Shown one piece after another: positions 37,467 through 44,521 of a DNA stretch of 44,521 bases (within the stretch, counting starts at the first letter, position 1; each line of letters begins with the position of its first letter). Under the pieces are notes generated by a model that saw only the letters and a list, made by a program, of their open reading frames with translations, made no database searches and was not told the origin of the DNA. The position numbers were made by a program, and so were the translations under genes. The stretch covers positions 1-44,521 of the forward strand of contig DFFS01000090.1 of assembly GCA_002371075.1 (NCBI GenBank), given 5' to 3'. The DNA is from Christensenella sp. UBA3770. Lineage in GTDB: Bacteria > Bacillota > Clostridia > Christensenellales > CAG-1252.

Positions 37467-38339
37467 ATGGCACTTACCAAAGAACAATGGATCACTCTTG
37501 AGAAAAAAGCCGCTTCCATCCGTCGCAAAACCGCGGAAGTCTGCGTTTGGGCAAATGGGGCGCATATCGGCGGAGCATACAGCAGTGCGGACGTACTTAC
37601 CGCACTGTATTATTATGTGATGAATTTCAGCAAGGACAATTACCTTGATGAGGACCGCGACAGGCTGATCATCAGCAAGGGGCACGCAGGCGTTATCACC
37701 GCGCCCATTCTTGCCGATCTCGGCATTGTGGACGAGGCGCTTTTGCCCACCTATAACCACACGGGTTCTCCGTTTGGCGTTCACCTTGACAAGCGCAAGG
37801 TCCCCGGGCTTGAGGCGTCCACGGGGTCGCTTGGACACGGGCTTTCCATCGGTCTCGGGCTTGCCGTTGCGGCAAAGCTGCGCGGCAAAAAGTACTTCAC
37901 TTACGTTTTGCTTGGCGATGGTGAGTGCGATGAGGGCAGCGTTTGGGAAGCAGCCATGAGCGTTTCGCATTTCAAGGTTACAAACCTCATCACGATCGTG
38001 GATAGGAACAAGTGCATGATCGACGGTCGCACCGAGGACGTCATGAGCTTGGAGCCCTTTGCGGATAAGTGGCGTGCCTTTGGTTTTGACGTCGTTGAGA
38101 TCGACGGTCACAATATGAACGAGATCGTCACCGCGCTTGAAAACGCAAAAGCAAACACTTCGGACAAGCCTGTCTGCATCATCTTGGATACGTTCAAAGG
38201 TGAGGGCGTCGGCTTTATGAAAGACAACTACAAGTGGCATTACGGCACCTTGAACGAGGAGCAGTTGCAAGAGGTCTTCCGCGATCTTGACGCCTATGAA
38301 AAAGAGCGTCTCGCCAGGGCGGAAAAGGAGGGCAAATAA
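37467..38339 (+). CDS. tkt: Transketolase, N-terminal (ThDP-binding) subunit
   Basis: HIGGAYS, DRDRLIISKGH, STGSLGHG, LLGDGECDEGSVWEAA...DRN, KWH. Confidence 0.95.
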   Translation: MALTKEQWITLEKKAASIRRKTAEVCVWANGAHIGGAYSSADVLTALYYYVMNFSKDNYLDEDRDRLIISKGHAGVITAPILADLGIVDEALLPTYNHTGSPFGVHLDKRKVPGLEASTGSLGHGLSIGLGLAVAAKLRGKKYFTYVLLGDGECDEGSVWEAAMSVSHFKVTNLITIVDRNKCMIDGRTEDVMSLEPFADKWRAFGFDVVEIDGHNMNEIVTALENAKANTSDKPVCIILDTFKGEGVGFMKDNYKWHYGTLNEEQLQEVFRDLDAYEKERLARAEKEGK

Positions 38340-39302
38340 ATGAAAGACTTTGCTGTTATCGGATCGGAAGCAAGAAGCACGACGGAAGCCTTCGGCAAGG
38401 CACTTTTGGAACTTGCGGATCAACATCCCGAAGTATGCGCTCTCTCGGCGGACCTTGCCGGCTCGGTCAAGGTCACCATCATGCAAAAGAAATATCCCGA
38501 GAGGGTCTTTGACGTAGGTATTGCGGAGCAAAACATGATGAGCATGGCGGCGGGTCTTGCGCTTGGCGGGCTTGTGCCTTTTGCGGCAACGTTCTCCGTC
38601 TTTGCCTCCTTGCGTGATTTGGATCAGATCCACACCGACATTTGTTACCAAAACGCAAACGTAAAGATGCTCGGCTCACACGGCGGCACCTCCTTCTCGC
38701 AGGCAGGTAGCACGCACCATGCGCTTGAGGATATCGCGGCGCTTCGCGGCATGGCAAATTTGACCATCATCTGCCCGGCGGATTACATTGAAACGCAGCT
38801 TGCCACCAAAGCGGTTTACGAAAAGTTCGGACCGATGTACATTCGTATCAATCGCGGTACCGATTACGACGTTTACAACACGTATGATTACGGGTTTGAG
38901 ATCGGCAAAGCCGTGCGCATGACGGAAGGCACGGACTTTACGGTCATCGCTTGCGGCAGCACCGTTTATCAGGCGCTTAAGGCGGCGGCATCCTTGAAAG
39001 AAAAGGGTGTCAATCTGCGCGTTGTCAATATGCACACCATCAAACCCATCGACAAAGATGAGATCGTCAGCGCCATCAAGGAGACGGGCGGCATCATCAC
39101 GGCGGAAGATCATAACGTGATCGGCGCTCTCGGCAGTGCGGTCGCCGAGGTCGTTGCGGAAAACGGCGGCGCAAAAGCCTTTAAGAGGCTTGGCATCCCC
39201 GACGAGTTCTCGATCATCGGCGCAAGGAAGGACATTTTGGCGCATTACGAGATCGACGCGGCGGGCATTGAGAAAAACGTCCTTGCGTTGCTTGGAAAAT
39301 AA
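38340..39302 (+). CDS. tkt: Transketolase, C-terminal (pyrimidine-binding/C-domain) subunit
   Basis: LSADL, DVGIAEQNM, GSTHHALED, ICPAD, PMYIRI, HTIKPID, ITAEDH..IGALGSAV; abuts the N-subunit stop. Confidence 0.95.
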   Translation: MKDFAVIGSEARSTTEAFGKALLELADQHPEVCALSADLAGSVKVTIMQKKYPERVFDVGIAEQNMMSMAAGLALGGLVPFAATFSVFASLRDLDQIHTDICYQNANVKMLGSHGGTSFSQAGSTHHALEDIAALRGMANLTIICPADYIETQLATKAVYEKFGPMYIRINRGTDYDVYNTYDYGFEIGKAVRMTEGTDFTVIACGSTVYQALKAAASLKEKGVNLRVVNMHTIKPIDKDEIVSAIKETGGIITAEDHNVIGALGSAVAEVVAENGGAKAFKRLGIPDEFSIIGARKDILAHYEIDAAGIEKNVLALLGK

Positions 39303-39345
39303 AATAGCAGCTTACACCCGATATGGGATTGTAGGGAAGTTTGGC

Positions 39346-39380
39346 AAAAAGGCGCCGTCGCAAGACGGCGTTTTTTTTTT
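39346..39380 (+). terminator. Rho-independent terminator after the transketolase genes
   Basis: CGCCGTC-GCAA-GACGGCG followed by T10 and preceded by A5. Confidence 0.9.
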
Positions 39381-39425
39381 AAGTTAACATAGTTAAAGGC
39401 GCCTTGTCTTGTCCATACTCTGACT

Positions 39426-40304
39426 ATGAGTGCGGCAAGCAAGGTCCTCGAACTGCTTTTGTCCCTTTCGGGTGCGTCTCGGGAGGTTTCCGAAAAGAGG
39501 TTTTATAAGGAGATGCGGCAAAGCGCCGTCCAAACCAAGCGGGAGAAAGATCGGCTTCCCGTTTGTCTTGGCGTGCGGGTGGAAAAGAGCGTGTATTGCG
39601 GCATGCGATACTTCGTTTTCGTCCCGCCGCAAGTGGAAAGCGCAAAGAGCGTTTTGTACCTTCACGGAAGCGCCTACGTCAACCCGCACAACGCAGCGCA
39701 GATAAGGTTTGCCGCAAATCTTGCCAAAAACACGCACGCAAAAGTGTTTTTTCCCCTCTATCCGAAGCTGCCGTTTGTGACGGCGGCGCCATGCTTTGCT
39801 TTATTAAACAATTTTTTTGTCTTTTTACAAAAGAAAGGAGAGGTTTGCTTGGTGGGTGACAGTAGTGGCGGGGCGCTTGCATTGGCGCTGGCTGCGGAGC
39901 GGGTTTTCGCAACGACCGTGGTGGCGGTTTCCCCTTGGCTTTGCCTTAACGTAGGAGAAAACGGGCGCTTGGCGGAGCGCGACAAATTACTCTCCCTCTC
40001 AAAACTGCAATACGCGGCAAGTCTTTGGCGTGGAGACTTGGACGAAAAGGACGTGAGAGTCAGCCCTTTTTACGCAAACCTCAAAGGAAAAACCGTTTTG
40101 CTTTTTGCGGGAGAATGCGAGCGGTTTCGTTTCGATGCGGCGGAATTCTTTCAAAATCAAGTAAAGTGTGGTGCGAAGATCACTTATGAGGAGGGGCGGG
40201 AACAACAACACTGTTATCCGCTTTTCCCAACGCCGGAGGGGAAGAGGGCAAGAGAAATGATTTATCGGGAAGTCTGTCGTTTTTTATATGGGGGAATGAA
40301 ATGA
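39426..40304 (+). CDS. Alpha/beta hydrolase, HSL/family IV esterase-like
   Basis: VLYLHGSAY oxyanion segment, YPKLP, GDSSGG nucleophile elbow, SPWL, VSP, QHCYP catalytic His. Confidence 0.88.
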   Translation: MSAASKVLELLLSLSGASREVSEKRFYKEMRQSAVQTKREKDRLPVCLGVRVEKSVYCGMRYFVFVPPQVESAKSVLYLHGSAYVNPHNAAQIRFAANLAKNTHAKVFFPLYPKLPFVTAAPCFALLNNFFVFLQKKGEVCLVGDSSGGALALALAAERVFATTVVAVSPWLCLNVGENGRLAERDKLLSLSKLQYAASLWRGDLDEKDVRVSPFYANLKGKTVLLFAGECERFRFDAAEFFQNQVKCGAKITYEEGREQQHCYPLFPTPEGKRAREMIYREVCRFLYGGMK

Positions 40305-41035
40305 AAGGTTGGTTTGTTTTTGTCGTTGTACTGTTTCTTGTTGTGTGTTATATCGGATGTTACTGCAGCGCTGCTCCCCAAACGCAAGCGATCTGTTTTG
40401 TTTCATCGGAGGAGAGCGTTTGCAACGAGCAGGAGCGCGTTGGGGAAGAAAGCAACGTGAATGACGTATCGCGCGAGCCGCTTGAGACGTTCTCGGGCGA
40501 GGGCACTTTTTGCTGCTCTTTTACAGGCGAAACCTTGGATGCGGAAGAGGAGATGGCAGCGCTTGGCATTCAAAACAGGGAAGAGCTGATCTCCTTCGTC
40601 ACGTCAACTCCCTTATCTCCCCTATGCAAGCCCCTTTCGGCAAAAGAGTTCAGTCGTCTTTTGTATCTTCTTGTTTCGGAGTTTGATCCGAACGTGCCCA
40701 TTCAGGGGCGACTTCTACGCGTAACTTTTGTGAAAGAAACGGATCTGTTGCTTTTGTATGCGGAAGCGGAGGTGTATCTGAGCCGTTTTGCAAAAGCCTA
40801 TCACGTGGGGGTTTTGCCAAGTGCCGTGGGGTTTTCCGCCTTGGTTCCGATAAATGTTAAAAATGCGGAAATATCCGTTGATTATAACAATTTATACTTG
40901 CAATGCGACAACAAAACCATCCCCGAACTGCTGTTGCGATACGCTTGTAACGCGCTGTTTGGTGTAAAGGACTACAAACGCTATTTCGGAGAGGTGGTCG
41001 GAAACATCGTCGCCAACGCGTGTTTTTCGGGATAA
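40301..41035 (+). CDS. Hypothetical exported/membrane-anchored protein
   Basis: 244-aa ORF with hydrophobic N-terminus, ATGA overlap with the esterase and a G-rich RBS; no family recognised. Confidence 0.65.
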   Translation: MKGWFVFVVVLFLVVCYIGCYCSAAPQTQAICFVSSEESVCNEQERVGEESNVNDVSREPLETFSGEGTFCCSFTGETLDAEEEMAALGIQNREELISFVTSTPLSPLCKPLSAKEFSRLLYLLVSEFDPNVPIQGRLLRVTFVKETDLLLLYAEAEVYLSRFAKAYHVGVLPSAVGFSALVPINVKNAEISVDYNNLYLQCDNKTIPELLLRYACNALFGVKDYKRYFGEVVGNIVANACFSG

Positions 41036-41039
41036 AGTA

Positions 41040-41068
41040 TTGCACGCGCGCGCATAATGTGCTACAAT
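41040..41068 (+). promoter_or_regulatory. Sigma-A promoter for the MBG-repeat gene
   Basis: TTGCAC (41040-45), 17 bp, TACAAT (41063-68) with extended TGn; RBS GAGGT at 41091-41095. Confidence 0.7.
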
Positions 41069-41100
41069 TATTATGCATATTTATGCAAACGAGGTACACG

Positions 41101-44100
41101 ATGCGCGCAAAGACCGGTTCGAAATATATAATTTCACTTTCGCTGATACTGCTATTGGCGGCTTTTCTGTTCGTTTTCGCTTTGTCTGCCGATCTTGCTT
41201 CCGCAAGTCCGTCCGTCAACTATATCACGGCGGAAGTTACCACCTCAACGGGTGATTTTTTGCCCGCCGGTTTAGTCTATGACAAAACCGCCGTCAATTT
41301 GAGCTTTGCAGTTTATACAAGTGAAGACCGCTCCTCTTGGACAAGGGATGATTCCTACGCTTCCAAGTTTGAACTGCGTTTTACCGATCTTTCCACCGGT
41401 TTGCCTCTTGCCGATGCGCCTGCAGCTGTGGGTTCTTATTCCGTTGCCGTCGCGGCAAAAGACAGCACGCTTTCCGACGTTTTTACATCGGACGCCAAAG
41501 CCATCGTTAAGGATACCGTCGTCGGGTCGGCGACCTTTTCCATTTACTATCAAAACCTGTTTTTGCAAAATACGTTGCTTGATAAAAGCGCGTCAAACGG
41601 CGGCTCCATCAGCGGGGTGGGCAACCTTTTGCTTCCGGATGACGACTCTTTCGATTACTTTGACCCCGTCGTAAACGGCACGACCGTCCGCTTGGGCGAC
41701 AGCGCTCTTGCCGGTGCAAAATACACGGTGACCGCGCAGTATAAAAACGCGGGCGTTTTCGGCGACGTTACCGAGATCAAAAAGGTGGGCACCTATCGCT
41801 TGAAAGTCGTCATTGACTCTTCGGTTGACCTTTCTTGCACGCAAGCCTCTTTGCTTGAAAAGGACGGCGACGACTATCTGTTCTATCGTGAGTTCTCCGT
41901 CGTTTGCGAGACGTTGACCCTTTCGTTAAAGGCGTCCTCCGCCTATGAAGAGGCGGGGCAGGAGGTCGCATTGAGCACCGCGTCCCTTTCCAAACTGACC
42001 ACTCTTGTCTCAGGCAATTTTGAGACGGAACTGATCTACTTATCGGCAGGGGGCGGCGTCGGCAGTCTCATATCGCACGATCTCGGGGAGGATAACGTTT
42101 ATCATCCCACCGAGTGCGGCAAATACGTTTATCGCGTCTTCTTCAAGGACGACATTGATTCTTACGGCATCAAGATCGGCGACTATGTGGATCTACCCTT
42201 TGAAATTTTGCCCATTCCGTACGTTGTCCGTTACTATTTGGACGACAACACCGAAGTTGTTGATTGCCTCAATTACAACGGGGAGGCGACGCTTGCGATC
42301 ACTCCCGTCTTTTACGACCTGAACGGGGATGAGCTCGGCTCTGTCTACACCGACGTCGGCGCGCGCAAGTTTGAGGTTACTTGCAAGTTCTTCAACGGCG
42401 CAAATTGGGAGACGAGTCCCGTCAAAGAGGCAGGCAAATACAAAGTGCTCGTGCATTTCACAACAGCGGCGACGGTGGACGGCTATCCGATCCCCACGGA
42501 TATAGAATACGATTTTCGGATCGTTTCCGGCGGCTTAAACGTTGCCACCACCAAAACCAATTATTATTTGTCGGTCGACACCGGCATGCCCGCTTTCTCT
42601 TTCACCTCGCAATCGGGGGATGAAAGCGCTGCCGTCGACGTTTACTCCGTAACTTATTACCAAGAGGATGGCACCTTGATCGGGGCTGTGGCGCCCACCA
42701 CTGTTGGGACGTACGTCTATGAGCTCAGCGTGACAAACGCCATTGAAAGGCTCGGTGTGCCGGCAGGCGCGACGTACCGCGGCAGGTATTCCGTTTTGTA
42801 CGGTCCCATTGCGGTCACCTCGCAGGAAAACGTCGTTTTCAAAGATGCGCTCACCGATGGCGTGCTCCTTGACAGGGCGGACGGCGTCGACCCGGATTTT
42901 GAGATCGTTTACTATGTAAGATCCGGAAACATCTGTAAGCGTCTGACTGCCGCCCCCACCGAGGAAGGGCAGTATTTGATGCAGGTCGTGGTCAAAAAGG
43001 CGCTTCCGAACTATCGCTTAGCCGTGGGCGACGTGTATGAGCAACAGTTTTCCATCGCCGCTTCTTCCGCCATGATCGGCATCAACACTTCGTCACTTGA
43101 CCTTGTGTATGACGGCGGCGTCAAGATCCCGCAAGTCGGCTTTACGCTTGGTGCGGCACCCGTTGCCCTTACTCCGCTTGTGGATTATCAAATTGCCTAT
43201 TATCGTTTGGTCGGCGAGGAGTATTTGCCTTGCGATGCGCCCGTGCTTGTGGGAACGTATCGTTTTGTTGTAACTTATTTAAAGACCGACGCAGTCAAAG
43301 GTTTGACGTGCGGCACGTTTATGCGTTCCGCTTTGGTTCTTGCTCCGGCAAAGTACAACGTTACGTTTGCCATCTCCGATGACAGCAAGGACCTTGTTTA
43401 CGACGCCGTAGCAAAGACCTTTGAAGTTGCCTTTACGTATAAGTCGCGTCCTGTCACGCCCGGGTTCTCCGTTAAGTACGCCGAGTCGGGCGGCGTGTTT
43501 GGGGATGTGCCCTTTACGGATGTCGGCAATTACAGCGCCAAGGTCGTCTTAAGCGATGATAAGTCGGGCAGTTTGGCACTTACGGGAGGAAGTACCGATT
43601 TCTCCATCGAAAAGCTTTCTCTTAAGGTCAACTTCGTTGTCAAGCTCGGTTACAATCGCATGTGGACGGGGTCTTTTGTAAATCCCGATCCGGAATACGT
43701 CTGTTTGAACGGCAGGTACAAAGGAAAGGTTCTGGAAGGCTCTTTCGGCATAGATCTCTTGGAGGACATCGGCTATTATTCCTCGGACGACGGCATTCAC
43801 TACGAAACGGCAAGCGATCCCATCATGCCGGGCCGCTACCGTCAGGACATTACCCTTGGCAATGCCAACGTCGTTTTGTCCGAGGCAACTTCGGAGGGGG
43901 ACAACGAGCAAACCGTCTCTTCACCCATTCTTGAGGCGGGCGTGGCTATGCAAACCTTTACGATCACCCCGCGCGAAGTCGAGGCACAGTTTACGTATGA
44001 CTTTGCTAAGGACAGCTTGTATTATACGGGCTCCGAAGCGGGGGACAGAAAGGGCGTTTCGCAAGTTAAGTTCTTCGCATACAAGGATCAGGAAACGGGC

Positions 44101-44521
44101 TATTCCGATGAAGTAACGGCGCTTTTCGCGGGCGATTGGTCGGTTTACTACTACATCTGCGACAATGAAGGAGCCACCAGCGGCGAGGGCAGTTTGACCA
44201 AGCCGACGGAAAAGAGTTTTTACGTCGCGCGCGTTTTGATGGATCCGGACGGTGTGGGCGACGAGTATCTTGAAAAATACACCTTTAATGGCGGCAAGGA
44301 CCGCGACGGCGCGCTCGGGGAAAAACCGCTCTCCGCACATTGCTATGTAGACGACGTCTTCCGCATCAAGGACCAAAACAAGCTCAAAGTGTTGTTTGAA
44401 ATGCCGGAAACTTTTGCGGAAAACGATCAGTTTAAAACCATTTCCGTCAAGTTCTACAACAATTCTTCCGAAGTAAACTTGGCGGAGGGTGACGGAAAGG
44501 ATTACAAGATCACGTATCTTG
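41101..44521 (+). CDS. Large secreted protein with tandem MBG-like domains, 3'-truncated (>=1,140 aa); absent from the supplied ORF track
   Basis: I translated frame +1 by hand from ATG 41101 to the end and found no stop. Signal peptide MRAKTGSKYIISLSLILLLAAFLFVFALSADLASA. About ten PxxxGxY motifs (PAAVGSY, IKKVGTY, PTECGKY, VKEAGKY, PTTVGTY, PTEEGQY, PVLVGTY, FTDVGNY, PIMPGRY, PTEKSFY) plus LVYD(G)/YNG/YTG and F.I motifs. Confidence 0.88.
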   Translation, partial: MRAKTGSKYIISLSLILLLAAFLFVFALSADLASASPSVNYITAEVTTSTGDFLPAGLVYDKTAVNLSFAVYTSEDRSSWTRDDSYASKFELRFTDLSTGLPLADAPAAVGSYSVAVAAKDSTLSDVFTSDAKAIVKDTVVGSATFSIYYQNLFLQNTLLDKSASNGGSISGVGNLLLPDDDSFDYFDPVVNGTTVRLGDSALAGAKYTVTAQYKNAGVFGDVTEIKKVGTYRLKVVIDSSVDLSCTQASLLEKDGDDYLFYREFSVVCETLTLSLKASSAYEEAGQEVALSTASLSKLTTLVSGNFETELIYLSAGGGVGSLISHDLGEDNVYHPTECGKYVYRVFFKDDIDSYGIKIGDYVDLPFEILPIPYVVRYYLDDNTEVVDCLNYNGEATLAITPVFYDLNGDELGSVYTDVGARKFEVTCKFFNGANWETSPVKEAGKYKVLVHFTTAATVDGYPIPTDIEYDFRIVSGGLNVATTKTNYYLSVDTGMPAFSFTSQSGDESAAVDVYSVTYYQEDGTLIGAVAPTTVGTYVYELSVTNAIERLGVPAGATYRGRYSVLYGPIAVTSQENVVFKDALTDGVLLDRADGVDPDFEIVYYVRSGNICKRLTAAPTEEGQYLMQVVVKKALPNYRLAVGDVYEQQFSIAASSAMIGINTSSLDLVYDGGVKIPQVGFTLGAAPVALTPLVDYQIAYYRLVGEEYLPCDAPVLVGTYRFVVTYLKTDAVKGLTCGTFMRSALVLAPAKYNVTFAISDDSKDLVYDAVAKTFEVAFTYKSRPVTPGFSVKYAESGGVFGDVPFTDVGNYSAKVVLSDDKSGSLALTGGSTDFSIEKLSLKVNFVVKLGYNRMWTGSFVNPDPEYVCLNGRYKGKVLEGSFGIDLLEDIGYYSSDDGIHYETASDPIMPGRYRQDITLGNANVVLSEATSEGDNEQTVSSPILEAGVAMQTFTITPREVEAQFTYDFAKDSLYYTGSEAGDRKGVSQVKFFAYKDQETGYSDEVTALFAGDWSVYYYICDNEGATSGEGSLTKPTEKSFYVARVLMDPDGVGDEYLEKYTFNGGKDRDGALGEKPLSAHCYVDDVFRIKDQNKLKVLFEMPETFAENDQFKTISVKFYNNSSEVNLAEGDGKDYKITYL

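Noticed and set aside
39388-39421. Sporulation sigma (SigE/SigK) promoter CATACTCT before the esterase
   Set aside because: The -10-like match alone is weak and no properly spaced -35 element is present.
41073-44376. Short ORFs listed in the track over the last 3.4 kb
   Set aside because: All overlap the continuous frame +1 gene starting at 41101.
1-44521. CRISPR array, diversity-generating retroelement, tRNA/rRNA, IS elements
   Set aside because: No spaced direct repeats, reverse transcriptase, template/variable repeat pair, RNA-gene signature or transposase was seen; the repeats in the giants are diverged protein-level repeats.

Overview
Chromosomal segment, probably from a Clostridia-type (monoderm, sigma-A promoters, strong GGAGG RBSs) bacterium. 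About 33 kb is one type IV pilus (T4P) locus with two giant proteins. (i) A >5,100-aa BspA/LRR_5 leucine-rich-repeat protein, open from base 1 and ending 12 nt before pilC-pilM-pilN-pilO. (ii) A ~2,920-aa PilX/GspK-type minor pilin carrying a very long predicted beta-solenoid. It is followed by PilV- and PilW-like minor pilins, prepilin peptidase pilD, ATPase pilB, and two divergently transcribed pilins that share a perfectly palindromic bidirectional promoter. The + strand pilin runs into a transglutaminase-like lipoprotein and a diverged six-hairpin glycosidase-like gene. Next come a split transketolase, an HSL-type esterase, a hypothetical protein, and a secreted MBG-like repeat protein (>=1,140 aa) that the ORF track missed because it runs off the end. 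No pilT, secretin, RNA genes, CRISPR array or transposase was seen. All family calls are by-eye motif recognition, with no database searches.
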